From assembly GCF_963921235.1 (NCBI RefSeq), contig NC_086097.1, positions 180,732,001 through 180,796,000 of the forward strand: a stretch of 64,000 nt of DNA, given 5' to 3'. Shown piece by piece: positions 37,470-50,738 of the stretch. The position numbers were made by a program, and so were the translations under genes. The DNA comes from Mobula hypostoma. Taxonomy: Eukaryota. The stretch's first letter is position 1; the number at the start of each line of letters is the position of its first letter. The notes beneath the pieces were generated by a model. The model was given only the letters and a program-made list of their open reading frames with translations. It was not told where the DNA came from and ran no database searches.

Positions 37470-39279
37470 TGTGGTTCAAAATGCTTTCCAAGAAAAGTTG
37501 ACATCGAAGGTCGGATATTCAATGATAATTGGAAAGATTGTTTTTTTTTCCTGTGAGGTCAATGGCAAACCTGTGTGTCTGATATGCTCGCAACAAGTAG
37601 CTATGACAAAAGAGTACAATATCAAACGACAATATGAGACGTCACACGGAGAAAAATATGACAAGTATGCAGGATGACTCAGAACGCAAAAGGTAAACCA
37701 GCTTGAAGCAGCTCTGAAAAAAGCAATCAGTGTTCACCAAAAGTCGAGAGACTCATGTCAAGGCCAGCTATATTATTGCCAACAAAATAGCTGCTGCGTC
37801 GAAACCATACAGAGGGGGAATTCATCAAAGCATGCACGCTGACGGCGGCTGAGCTGGTGTGCCCTGAGAAGAGACAGGCTTTTAGTAATATCAGCTTGTC
37901 AAGAAATACTGTGGCAGAGGAAATCGGGGACCTTGCAGAAGATTTGAACAGTCAACTAAAAGACAAAGTGAAGTCATTTATTGCCTTCTCTATTGCAATT
38001 GATGAGAGCACCGACGTAATGATGTAGCTCAATTGGGAATATTTATTCGTGGTGTTGATGCATCTTTGACCGTCACCAAGGAGTTTGTGGAGATGGTGCC
38101 CATGACAAACACGACAATGGCGAACGACGTCTGCTCCAGCCTCGTCGAGGTCTTGGACAGACTGGGGGTTGACTGGAGTCACGCTGTCAGTGCGGCAACA
38201 GATGGCGCACCGTCCATGGTCGGGAAAGAGGCAGGTGCTGTTGTGAAACTCAGAGAGAAAGTTCAGAAACAGAATCCAGAGCAGGAATTCTGGAATTTTC
38301 ATTGTATTATACACCAAGAGGTGTTATGTAGCAGCAGCCTGGAAATGGACAATGTCATGGATGTAGTAATCAAAACGGTTAATTTTATTAGCGCCAAGGG
38401 ACTCAACCATCAGCAATTTGACACTCTTTTGTCCGAAAGTAACATTGGACACGGCCTACCCTACCACACTGTAAGTCCGCCGGTTGAGCAGAGGGGTTGT
38501 GCTCAAATGTTTTTTTTTCAATTACATGCAGAAATTGGACTATTCATGAACAAGAAAGGGAAGCCAGTGGCAGAGTTGGATGACCCAAACTGGCTTCGTG
38601 ATCTTGCATTTTTGGTGGATATAACAGAGCATTTAAATGTGCTTAATGTTAACATGCAAGGCTGCAAAAAATTTGTTACAGAATACTATGACACCATTCG
38701 TGCCTTTCAAATTAAATTAGGTCTGTGGGAGATGCAACTATCCCGGAGCAACCCAGCTCATTTCCGCTCTTTGCAGTCTGTGTGTGTCGCTCATGGGAAT
38801 AATGACAACATGGACAGGTACAAGGACAAAATATCACTGCTGAAAAGTGCGTTTCCGAATCGTTTCCAAGTCTTCACTCAGCTCGAGAAGGAATTCTCAC
38901 TATTTTGCTCGCCGTTTGCTGTCAACACAGCATCAGATGTACCAGAGGAACTCCAAATGGAACTAACTGAAATTCAGTGTAACTCGGTTTTGAAATATAA
39001 ATTTGAGACGTGGGTCTGAACTCATTCTATCAATACCTGAGACTGATGTATCCCACGATGACAGACTTTGCCTCAAAGATCCTTTGCATGTTCGGGACAA
39101 CATATCTCTATGAGCAGCCTTTCTCCATAATGAACATTAACAAATCCAAACTGCGCTCGCAGCTGACACACAGACATCTAAATGACATTATGAAAATCAC
39201 AACTGCCCAGCAACTGGTCCTTGATGTTGACAGGCTGGTTAAAACCAAGAGATGTCAGGAGTCTGGAAGCAGCAAGTGA
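37470..39279 (+). pseudogene. hAT transposase pseudogene
   Basis: Split over ORFs 37471-37677, 38033-39019 and 39010-39279 by stops and frameshifts. Confidence 0.85.
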
Positions 39280-41214
39280 AAAATAAGTGACACTGTTCGA
39301 TGCACTGCGACATGTAAGCAAAATGCATTATGAAATATTGAGTGTCATAATATTGTGATTCATTTTCTGACTATTCTATTATTGTAAATGTGATCACTTC
39401 AATAAAAATTAGAGGCTAACTGTGTTCATTGTCTGAGTTTGATTGCTGGAAGCAGGCTAATAAAAATTAGGTGCGGTTGTGTAGCCTACATTTACAATTT
39501 GTTTCGTTAGGTCTACATCTGTGTCTGCTAATGTTCGATTTTAAATGGTTTATTAATGGAAAGGGTGTGGCTCCCAAAACAATCTTCGCCAAAATAGCAT
39601 AGTTTTTTCTCTCTCTCATCACAACTTTCTTGTAGCCTACGATTGTAAGTTAATACTAATCATAAAAATAATGCTTGCTAGACAATCTTCATAAGAAATG
39701 AAATTCGTAAAGTGAAACACTTTGTAGTTATAGCAGATACTGAGACACACGAGAGCAGGTTGAAAAAATGAAGGCAACGAAAGCTGTGGGAGCACGCGTG
39801 CGTGCACAACCGATCCAGCCCGCATGAAGTCGCATTTTGCCCAATCCGACCCATGACCCAAAATGAGTTTGACATCTCTGATCTAACCACTTCCTGATCA
39901 ATAATTAGTGTCAGGTACTTCACACAAAAGTGCCAACAGAAGGGATTTTTAGAATGGGATTTAATAAAGTACGTTCAATCCTTTTGGAATTTATTCTTCG
40001 ACTTGCAAACACTCCTATTTTGTTGACAATTTATTTTGTCACCAGCAGAATCCAGTGGGATTGGAAATGTTTGCAAGCAGCAGGGGCAATTTCCAAGAAT
40101 ACTGGTGATCAAGGAGATGACACAAAATGCCTACTCTTTGGGGGAATTCCTTCCCTAAATCTTTACACTATCCCTTCTCATTCTGTAATAAAAGCTTATC
40201 TCAGTAGCAGTAATCAGTAAGTTATCTGACTATCATAAAGACCCAATTAGCTCACTAATGTCCTGCAGGGAAGGAAATCTGCTGTCCTTACTAATTCTGT
40301 CCTGACTGTGGTTGATTTTCTAATGTTTCCTCAGTTCGTGGACAATTAATATTGCACTGCCAGTGAAGTCCACATCCCATGACTAAATAGAATAGTTGAA
40401 ATATAACTTAATTGGTTTAAGCATGCAATATGCTTGTGGGATTGAACACCTATTCCTGTCACTATTTCACAAATGTCACCCAAGTTTTGTTTGCAAATGT
40501 CTGGAAGCTCTATTAGAATTGAATGTAATGCCACAGGTATGGTTTAATTTGAGATTGTGGTCACAGAAGACCATGAAATTCATGACAAGTTTGGGGGACT
40601 TCCGGGTCATCAAGGGAATGGCGGCGTAAGGTAAAGGTCTCTCGACAAAAAAGAAGGTAAACTGCCCCAAAATCGAATTTAGACAAATACTTAATATTGC
40701 ATAACTATATTAATAAAAGGGGCAAGGATGATGTCTAAGAACAAGAATAAAAAGTCCGCTTCGAAGGCTGATAAACATAAAGAGATGCAGCAAGGCGACG
40801 GGCCTAGCTCCCCCACGGCAAGCCAGGACGGAGATAATGAGGGGGAATCGGTGACTCTGTCTTTGATTCTCGGAGAGATTCGCGAGTTCCGACAAGATAA
40901 CAGCAAACAGCTGGAAGATATTAAAGGAGAAATAGTAAAAACTAACTCGCGGATAGATGAAGCCGAAGCGAAGATTGTTGGAATTGAAGAGAAGCTACAA
41001 AACGCCGAGGAAGTGATAGCAGAAATGTTGAAGCTACAAAACCAGCTCCAGTGGAAACTAATAGATCAAGAAGGCCGCTCGAGAAGGGAAAATGTGAGGA
41101 TCTACGGAGTTCCCGAAGGAACCGAAGGTAAACCCGGATTGATGATTCCCTTCGTGGAGAAGCTGCTTAGAGAGAACCTTGATATACCGGCCGCAAAAGA
41201 CCTACAGATAGAAA

Positions 41215-41345
41215 CTTTTTCAAATCCCTTACTCACTCTTCCTTCAGTTAGTCCTGACGAAGGGTCTCGGCCTGAAACGTCGACTGCGCCTCTTCCTATA
41301 GATGCTGCTTGGCCCGCTGCGTTCACCAGCAACTTTGATGTGTGT
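41215..41345 (+). mobile_element. 131-bp Penelope pLTR-derived insertion with a hammerhead, in L1 ORF1
   Basis: 12-bp TSD TACAGATAGAAA at 41203-41214 and 41346-41357. Confidence 0.9.
41249..41286 (+). ncRNA. Type I minimal hammerhead ribozyme, intact core
   Basis: Stem I UAGUC/GACUG, CUGACGA, stem II AGG..CCU, GAAA, palindromic ACGU stem III; predicted GUC cleavage after 41281. Confidence 0.72.
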
Positions 41346-42219
41346 TACAGATAGAAAGGGCTCACCGCGCGTTGGCACCACAGCCTCCGGCAGGCGCCCA
41401 GTCCAGATCGATTCTGATCAGATTTCTCAGTTACAGAACGAAGGAAGAGGTGCTTAAAAGGGCATGGCAAAAGAAAGGTTTCATGTGGAACAACTGCAAA
41501 ATCAGTTTAGACCACGACTACGCACCGGGGATTCTTGCCAGACGGAAGGAATATACGGAAACACGGAGAGTCCTGAAGGAAAACAACATCAGATTCCAGA
41601 CCCTGTATCCAGCTCGGCTGAGAGTCTTTTACGACGAAGGGACAAAAACTTACGCTACGGTGGAGGAGGCAACGTTGGACCTGGCGGACCGGGGACTACC
41701 TATTAAAGTTATCACCCAACCGGAGTCGCTACTGGAGAGGATTCGGCAGAAGTCGTGGCAGTTAGTGGGGCGAGGACGCTCCACTCGAACCAGAGTGTCA
41801 AACTACAAGGAAAAGCTGCAAATATTCAGACGCCAATGTACAGAGAATACAGATTAATTAAGAGAAATGACTGAAAAGAGTAAATCGGACTTAAAAGTAA
41901 AATGAAAACTGGTAACTGAAAATAAACTAGGCGGAATAACTTGAATGATAGCAATATGGTCGAGACATAAATAGGAGAAAATTCTCTATGATTATTCAAA
42001 CTGCTGAGGGCCCTCTAACACAGGGTGAAGATAGAGGTTATCCCTCTGAACTGAGGCGGGTCGGTGCTCAGGCCTCACCGTGGGAAGTCGGGAAAAATTT
42101 TCAAATGTTATACGTTCAGAAATGTCTAGGGTGTGGTTATATGTCTTGGTTTACTGTTGAGAAGGGATTGCTTACTGTTTGGTTAGAAAAGGAGAGTGCT
42201 TTTTTTCTTCTAGAGAAAA

Positions 42220-45200
42220 ATGCAAACTGAATTGGTAAAAATAATTTCCTATAATGTTAATGGGGTTTTGAATCCAATTAAAAGAAATAAGATTATGTCT
42301 AACTTGAAAAAAGAGAGGGCACAAATAGCTTTCCTCCAGGAAACACATATGAGCCAATCTGAACATGGAAAATTAAAAAGAATGGGCTTTAAGCATGTAT
42401 TTTATTCATCATATAAATTGAGTCACAAAAGAGGGGTAGCTACTTTAATATCAAGTACTCTTAATTATGAACATATTTCAGAGACTAGAGACAAAGAAGG
42501 ACGGTTTGTAAAAATCACAGGAAGAATAGAAGGTACAGAAATAACATTCCTGAATGTTTATGCTCCTCCAGGTAGTGAATGGTCATTTTATAGACACATT
42601 TTTGACCTAATGGTCAGTTCTCGAGGGGTAGTAATTTGTGGAGGGGATTTTAATATTAGATTAAATCCTATATTAGATTCTTCAAGAATAGTTACTCAGA
42701 ATAAACCTCTGACTCGGAAAGTGAATTCATTGATGGAGGAGTTGGGAATTATAGATGTCTGGAGGGAATTACACCCTACTAGTAAAGATTATACATATTA
42801 CTCTTTCCCTCATTCAGCCTATTCAAGGATAGACTATTTCTTTATCTTTAATACAGATAGACTCAGGATAAAAAACTGTAATATTGCAACAATTGATCTG
42901 TCGGATCATAGCCCAGTCTCTATGTCTCTAATCCTGGAAAGGAAAATGAGGAAAACACTATGGAGGCTAAACTCACATATACTCAATAACCCGAAAGTAA
43001 TGGAGAGATTAAGGGGAGAAATCAAAGAATACCTAGACCTTAATGACACGGGAGAAACATCACCAGTGATTTTATGGGATACATTGAAAGCTGTACTGAG
43101 AGGGAAAATTATTTCCATTACTACGCACATGAAAAAAATCAATGCACAAAAATTAGCAGACCTTCAAGGAAAATTAAAACAACTTCAAGTTGTAGATAGC
43201 AACAAAAGTAATTCAAATCGAAAACAGGAAATTAGGAAATTGCAAAGTGAAATTGATGATATTTATACGTTGGAAACTCAAAGAAATTTTCTTTACCTGA
43301 GACAAAAGAATTATGAAGTAGGAGGTAAATCAGCTAGATTATTAGCATATAAATTACGAAAACAACAAGCAGACAATACAATTCATAAAATAAAGAATCC
43401 AAAGACAAAGCTTGTGGAGAGTACAATAGGGAAAATTCAAGAGAGTTTTGAAACATATTATCGAGAGCTGTACTCCCAACCCCGGGCCCCCAATGAGCCC
43501 TATATAGACAATGTATTGAATTTTTTTAGAAATACCTAAACTTACAGATTTACAAAATGAAAGTTTATTAGAACCAGTAACTGTCAAAGAACTGAATGTG
43601 GCCATCTCTAGGTTAAAGGCTGGAAAGTCCCCGGGTTCTAATGGGTTTACCTCAGAGTGGTACAAGTCCCTGAAGACAGTTAGCCCCATTACTACTTAAC
43701 ACCTTTAATTGGATCTTGCAGAGAAGAGAAACTCCACCTTCCTGGAGAGAAGCGATTATTTCAGTTATTCCTAAAGAGGGTAAAGATAAACTAGAATGTG
43801 GCAATTATCGGCCAATTAGTGTTCTTAATTTAGATTACAAACTATTTACATCTATATTAGCGCGCAGATTGGAAAAGCTTTTACCTGGCCTAATCCATTT
43901 AGACCAGACTGGATTTATTCAACAAAGACAAACACAGGACAACATAAGGAGAACCCTGCACATATTAGAACAGGTTAATAAGAACGAGACAGAGACAATG
44001 GTAGTAGGATTGGACGCTGAGAAAGCTTTTGATTCGGTTAGTTGGGCATTCCTATACAGAGTGTTAGGAAGATTCGGCTTTCAAGAAAGGTTTATTAAAG
44101 TAATTCAGACTCTATATGACAGCCCTACAGCCCGAATTAAGATAAATGGGGACCTCTCTGACTCCTTCATTTTAGAGAGAGGCACTAGACAGGGATGCCC
44201 AATTTCTCCTCTCCTTTTTGCACTATATATTGAACCACTTGCCCAACTAATAAGACGGAGCAAAATCGTAAAAGGTATCAAGGTGGCAGGGATTGAACAG
44301 AAAGTGGCGTTATTCACAGATGATGTTTTGGTCTATCTGAGTGAACCAGAAAAATCATTTATAGGATTGTTTACACTGTTGGATGACTTTGGGAAAATAT
44401 CAGGTTATAAAATAAATGTAAAGAAAACGCAGGTTATGTCCCTAAATTATACACCATCCAAAAAAATTGCAGGATACATACGATCTTAAGTGGGAAGCTA
44501 AATCATTAAAATATTTAGGAATAACCCTGCCGAAGGATCTTTCAACACTGTCACAGGTAAATTATGGGCCATTAATCTCAGAGATAAAAGCAGATATGCA
44601 TAGATGGAATCTTATCCCCTTTTTAAGTTTAAATTCAAGGATAAATATTATAAAAATGAATATTCTTCCTCGGTTATTGTATCTTTTCCATACTTTACCA
44701 GTGGAGGTGGATGATAATCAATTCAGGGAATGGGACAAATGGATTTCCCGCTTCATTTGGCAAGGAAGGAAACCTAGAATTCGATATAACACCTTACAGT
44801 TAGGGAAGGAAGGAGGAGGTATGGTTCTTCCTTGCCTGAGAAATTATTTTTATGCCTCACAGATAACCCCTCTGTTATATTGGTGTAATAGGGAATATAA
44901 GGCTAGATGGAAGGAAATAGAATTTGGATTAGTTGACAGTTTTCCTCTTCAGGCCTCAATAGCTGACAAAGGATTGATGGCCCAGTTGGAAAAATTTAAT
45001 AATGCTTGGATAAATCTTACATTAAAAGTATGGCAGAAGGTGGTTAATTCATGTGGAATTAATAACATGTTAAAACTCTTTAGATGGTGTGCATATGATA
45101 CCGAATTCCTTCCCAACAGAGGAGATAAAAGATTTGAGCTATGGATAAAGAAAGGTCTTACAACCTACCTCTCATTTATAGATAAAAGAGTATTACAAAG

Positions 45201-46008
45201 TTTCCAAATCCTGCAGGACAAACATGGCCTAGAACATAATGACTTTTTTAGGTACCTTCAAATACGAAACTATGTTAACCAGAGTTGTAGATATACAGAC
45301 CTATCAACAGTAGAATTAGAATTTTTCAAGATTCTGAATTCGGCTTGCAGTTCAATACCTAGTAAATCAGTTTCTCGCCTATATAATGCACTCTCCCATG
45401 CTAAAAATGTAAATACACTGTATATTAAAGAGAAGTGGGAGAAAGAAGCGGGGTTGGTACTTTCAGAGGAGGCTTGGGGGAAAATCTGCAGCTTTCAATG
45501 GTCCTCGACTAATTCTTTGACTTGGAGAGAACATTGTTGGAAAAACATTATAAGATACTTCAAGACCCCATATCAGGAAAAATATAAAGATACAAATGTG
45601 ATGTGTTGGAGAAGGTGCGGCTCCAAGGAGGCAAATCATTTTCATATTTTCTGGGATTGCCCTAAATTAAGTCTATTTTGGGAAGGTATTCATAGAACAT
45701 TAGTTAAGGTACTTAGGTCCCAGATACCTCTGAACTTTGAGACGCTCTATTTGGGGCATGTATTGTTCCTTGAACAGAAGGAAGATATAAAGTTGCTGCA
45801 GGCCCTCTTAGCGGCAAGTAAGAAATCAATCACTAGAAAATGGCTAAATCCAATACCACCTACATTAGAAGATCGGTACGAAATTATCTTGGAAATATTT
45901 AAAATGGAAAAGTTGACTTACTCCCTGAGAACTCAAAAAGAAACATTTTATCAAATCTGGAATAAATGGATTGAATATATAACCCCAATGCGAGCAGACT
46001 TTAGATGA
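42220..46008 (+). pseudogene. L1 ORF2p (APE endonuclease, RT, C-terminal CCHC) with three frameshifts
   Basis: SYNVNG, LQETH, NVYAP, GGDFN, SRIDY, SDH; YRPISVLN, LDAEKAFD, RGTRQGCP, LFTDD, KYLGI; CWRRCGSKEANHFHIFWDC; breaks near 43521-43527, ~43680 and 44460-44466. Confidence 0.92.
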
Positions 46009-47179
46009 CTCTCCTAATGATTTATATTGCTCTTCTCATCAACACAGTAATATTGCTAACATAAGCACCCCTAGTCTAAATGTTTGTTTTTTTTTGGAAA
46101 ATAGAGAATTAACACAAGTAAAGGGAAAGATTTGGGAAAGGGATAAAAAAAATGAAAAAGTTAAGTAAATAAGTACATAGGGATTGGATAATAATGCCTG
46201 CGGGCAGGAACAAGCACGAACAAATTGGGATATAAACACCTACAATGGTTGGTATATAGGCTTGTATGCAACATTTTGGACCAGTGGAAATGGTCCAGAA
46301 GGGTTGTATGGAAACTATTATTACCATTTTTCTTAACAACTAATTTCATTACTTAGCCTAATAGGTTAGATTTACCACAGTACATAATTATCTACTTAAA
46401 TGTTTATTTTCCTTTTATATCATCTCAATGTGTACTTAAGAATGTACAAATAATTGTAGTTTTATACATATAAAAAAATGGAAAAGGTTATATGTGTGAA
46501 AAAAGTACATGATAATTGTGAATTCCTTATCCAAATAAAAATAAAATTTAAAAAAAAAGAAATTCATGACAAGTTTACAAAGCCTGTGCCAGGAACCAAA
46601 GGCGATTGTGTCTTCTTCTAGACTACGTCATACAATGTTGTCTCATCACTGGGGTGGCTCAATTTGAAAAGGATGAACATAAACCATGCTTTTAACAAGC
46701 ACTGTCATTTGTGTCTATATACAAGCAACTAAAAATATCAGCCCCAGCTAAGCATGGTTAAAATAAGTTATTTTATGTTACTGCTTGAATTCTGAACTTG
46801 CTCCTTTGCAAAGCAGACAAGGATAGCAGAGAACCACCACCACTTGTAAATCTCCCTAACCTGATTTATTATACATCCCTGTCTTTTCATGGCAGCTGAG
46901 TCAAAATACTATTTTTTCTTACCCAACAGTAACGTGGTGAGGGTGGGAAATGCATTGCCACGTTTAACAAGGGAAACAGTCCAATACAAGAGTTGGCAAC
47001 AAAAAATGGAGAGTACAATAGGGGGCAGAGATGTCCATAGAATTAGTATTCTACTCATGTGGGGAACTTTGCTTTCTGGTTGAACTGAATGAATTCAATG
47101 CAGTTATTTCATTCCAACTTCTTGGGGTGTAACAAGAGGCTAATGAGTAAAAACATAATAATGCTGGTAAAATCTGTGA

Positions 47180-47938
47180 GCTTTAGGAGCTGAAATCATG
47201 CAGGGCCCTTGAGGAACATAAAGGAAGTGGGACAGAATTTAAACAGGGAATCAAGAGGACTAAAAGGGGCCATAAAATGACTTGGCGAGTAGGATTAAGC
47301 AGAATCCCAAGGCATTTTATACATACTGTACATTAAAAACAAGAGGGTAACTAGAGAGAGGTAGTGAGCTCAGGAAGGAGTATGCTGAAAATCAGGGGCA
47401 TATTTATATCAGGGAGGCAGTTTTGGATCTCTTGCAGAGCATTAAGGTTGATAACGCCAGGGTCTGTGAGGATCTATCCTGAGTTATTGAGAGGGGCAAG
47501 CTAGGAGATTGATGGAACATTGACAGAGATCTTTGTATCCACCAGATAACTGGAAAATAGCCAAATGTTGTTCCTCTCTTTAAGAAGGGAACTAGAGACA
47601 AACCAGAAATTATAGTTCAGATCTACTAGCCTCTGGAAAAGTAATTAATTATTAGGGATAGTCGGCATAACTTTCTGTGGGAGAGGTCATGTCTTAAAAA
47701 CTCATTGAGTTTGAGGAGGTGACAAAGATGATTGATGAGAGTAGAGTAGTGAATATTGTAGACATGAACTTTGTAAAAAAGACTTACTAAAGTCCCTCAT
47801 AGTAGGCTGATCCAAACAACAGAGGCACATAGAATTCATGGAGATTAGATTCAAAATAGACTTTGCCACTGAAAAGAGCAGGCAAAAGTGGAAGAGTGTT
47901 AATCTGACTGGAGGTCTGTAACTAGCTGTATTCTGCAG
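47180..47938 (+). mobile_element. Heavily decayed CR1 ORF2 fragment
   Basis: ggcgagtaggattaagcagaatcccaaggcatttta and aatgttgttcctctctttaagaaggg match CR1 copies elsewhere in the window. Confidence 0.6.
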
Positions 47939-47939
47939 A

Positions 47940-48742
47940 ATCAGAATTAGGTTTACTGTTGAATAGATTAAAAAGCCTTCTTTATACTATATATTAATAA
48001 AAAGGGAGGTAGTATCCAAGGGTTCAATGTCCATTTAGGAATTGGATGGCAGAGGGGAAGAAGCTGTTCCTGAATCGCTGAGTGTGTGTCTTCAGGCTTC
48101 TGTACCTCCTACCTGATGGTAACAGTGAGAAAAGGGCATGCCCTGGGTGCCGAAGGACCTTAATAATGGACACTGCCTTTCTGAGACACTGCTCCTTGAA
48201 GATGTCCTGAGTACTTTGTAGGCTAGATGGAACTGACTAAATTTACAACTCTCTGCAGCTTCTTTCAGTCCTGTGCTGTAGCCTTCCCTGCACCCACCCC
48301 CTATACCAGACAGTGATGCAGCCTGTCAGAATGCTTTCCATGGTAGATCTGTAGAGGTTTTTGAATATATTTGTTGACATACCAAATCTCATCAAACTCC
48401 TAATGATGTAGAGCTGCTGTCTTGCCTTCTTTATAACTGCATCTATCTATGTTGGGTCCAGGTTAGAACCTCAGAGATCTTGACACCCAAGAACTTGAAA
48501 CTTCTTACTCTCTCCAATTCTGATCCCTCTATGAGGATTAGTATGTGTTGCTTCATCTTACCTTTCCTGAAGTTACAATCAGCTCTTTCGTCTGACATCG
48601 AGTGCCAGGTTGTTGTTGCAACACCACTACACTAGTTAGCATATCTCACTCCTGTCTGTCCTCTCGTCACCATCTGAGATTCCACCAACAATAGTTATAT
48701 CATCAGAAAATTGATAGATGGTATTTGAACTATGCCTAGCCC

Positions 48743-48776
<34 letters not shown>

Positions 48777-49170
48777 AGAGCAGAAGAGCAGTGGGCTAAG
48801 CACACACCCCTGAGGTGGACCAGTGTTGATTGTCAGCAAGGAGGAGATGTTATCACCAAACTGCACAGATTGTGGTCTTCCAGTTAGGAAGTCGAGGATC
48901 CAATTGCAGAGGGAGGTACAGAGGCCCAGGTTCTGCAACTTCTCAATCAGGATTATGGGAATGAATGCTGAGCTGTAGTTGACAAACAGCATCCTGACAT
49001 ATGCATTTGTGTTGTCCAGGTGGTCTAATGCCACGTGAAAAGCCACTGAGATTGCATCTGCTGTTGACCTATAGTGGCGATAGGCAAATTGCAATGGGTC
49101 CGAGTCCTTGCTGAGGAGGAGTTCATTCCAGTCATGACCAACCTCTCAAAGCATTTCATCCCTGTTGATG
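47940..49170 (-). mobile_element. Rex1/Babar-type LINE RT and 3' end
   Basis: [47 protein letters not shown]; homologous to 33050-34390. Confidence 0.85.
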
Positions 49171-49263
49171 AGATGAAGGATCAGTGTTGGGATCTCTGTT
49201 GCTTGTCTTTTATTCAAGGTGGAACGGTATGAGCAGATACAGTAGCAATGTTTTGGAGGCATT

Positions 49264-49343
49264 TACAGTTCTGTGCAAAAGTCTGATGCACATATAGTAT
49301 ATGTATGTAGCTAGGGAGCCTAAGACTTTTGCACAGTACTGTA
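49264..49343. mobile_element. Small palindromic Tc1-type MITE
   Basis: TA-cagttctgtgcaaaagtct...agacttttgcacagtactg-TA inverted repeat; partial second copy at ~49715-49765. Confidence 0.6.
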
Positions 49344-49819
49344 TTTGTAAATGTGGAACAGAGAGCAAGTTTGTTAGCCTGGCTGGAGCAAAGGATGTTG
49401 CAAATGGCAAGGGAAGAGTGCCATGGGAGGGGTGTGGGACAGGTGGCAGAGAAGGTCTGCCAGAGGCAGGAGGGTGGCACAGGTGCAGAAACACCCAGAC
49501 CTGAGACACCAAGGAAGGTTATATGATTCCAAACAATTGGTTTATTAATCATTACCGAATGTCCCTCTGGTGCTTCCTGCTCTCTCCTCCCCTCTCACTG
49601 CCCTCTTCCACTCAATGCAAAATAGAGACCCATATCAGAATCAAGTTTATCATCACTCACGTCATGAAATTTCTTTTTTTGCAGCAGCAGTACAGTGCAA
49701 TACATAAAATCATTACGGTACTGTGCAAAGATCTCAAGCACCCTAGCTATATATAGGGTGGAGACTAGAAGCATGCCACCTCTTACCTCCCCGTCAATCT
49801 GTGAGGCCCACCTTTGCTG

Positions 49820-50738
49820 CAAATGGGGCAGGTGTGACCTCTACAATAAGGATTGATTGCACCTGAATCCAAGGGGGACCAATATCCTGGCAGAGAGGTT
49901 TGCTAAGGCTATTGGGGAGAGTTTAAACTAGAATTGCGGGGCGTGGGAACCAAACTGAAGAGTCAGAGGAAGCGACGGTTGGCTCACAAATAGAGAAAGC
50001 TTGTAGGCAGTGTGAGAGGGAGGATAGGTAGGTAATAGAGAAGGGATGCACTCAGACTGATAGTTTGAGATGTGTCTATTTTAATGTAAGGGGTATCATG
50101 AACAAAGCGGATGAGCTTAGAGTGTGGATCAGTACTTGGAGCTATGTTGTTGTGGCCATTACAGAGACTTGGATGGCTCAGGGGCAGGAATGGCTACTCA
50201 GAGTTTAGATGTTTCAGAAAAGAGAGGAAGGGAGGCAAAAGAGCTGGGGGCGTGGCACTGCTGATCAGAGATAGTATCATGGCTGCAGAAAAGGAGGAAG
50301 TCATGGAGAGATTGTCTACTGAGTCTCTGTGGGTGGAAGTTAGAAACAGGAAGGGGTCAATAACTCTACTTGGTATTTTTTTTTATAGACCACCCAATAG
50401 TAACAGGGACATCGAGGAGCAGATAGGGAGACATATTCTGGAACGGTGCAATAATAACAGGGTTGTCCTGATGGGAGATTTTAATTTCCCCAATATTGAT
50501 TGGCATCTCCCTAGAGCAAGGGGTTTAGATGGGATGGAGTTTGATGTGTGTGTTCAGAAAGGTCTTCTGTCACATTATGTAGATAAGCCTACAAGAGGAG
50601 AGGCTGTACTTGATCTGGTATTGGGAAATGAACCTGGTCAGGTGTCAGATCTGTCAGTGGGAGAGCATTTTGGAGATAGTGATCACAATTCTATCTCCTT
50701 AACCATAGCATTAGAGAGGGATAGGAGCAGACAAATTA
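49820..50738 (+). mobile_element. CR1 fragment (ORF1 end and ORF2 endonuclease)
   Basis: Homologous to 10050-10930; YRPPN, GDFNFP, GEHFGDSDHN. Confidence 0.85.

Larger units (their letters stand above)
37038..39880 (+). mobile_element. hAT (Charlie/GTF2IRD2-like) DNA transposon, full span, disrupted transposase
   Basis: TIRs CAGGGGTGTCAAACT / AGTTTGACATCTCTG; 8-bp TSD TTCTAACC (37030-37037) / ATCTAACC (39881-39888); PVCLIC..KEYNIKR, FSIAIDESTD, TDGAPSMVG, FHCIIHQ, LAFLVD, FGTTYLYEQPFS. Confidence 0.93.
40728..41857 (+). pseudogene. L1 ORF1p interrupted by a 131-bp insertion
   Basis: Coiled coil, EGRSRRENVRIYGVPE, IERAHR, YPARLRVF; removing the insert plus one TSD (143 bp) gives an open 328-aa frame. 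Confidence 0.9.
40593..46558 (+). mobile_element. Full-length L1-clade LINE
   Basis: Starts GGGGGACTTCCGG; perfect 18-bp TSD GAAATTCATGACAAGTTT (40575-40592 and 46559-46576); AATAAA and A-tail; ORF1 and ORF2 present. Confidence 0.96.

Noticed and set aside
38033..39019. Domesticated GTF2IRD2/EPM2AIP1-like host gene
   Set aside because: Flanked by TIRs and a TSD and broken by stops and frameshifts
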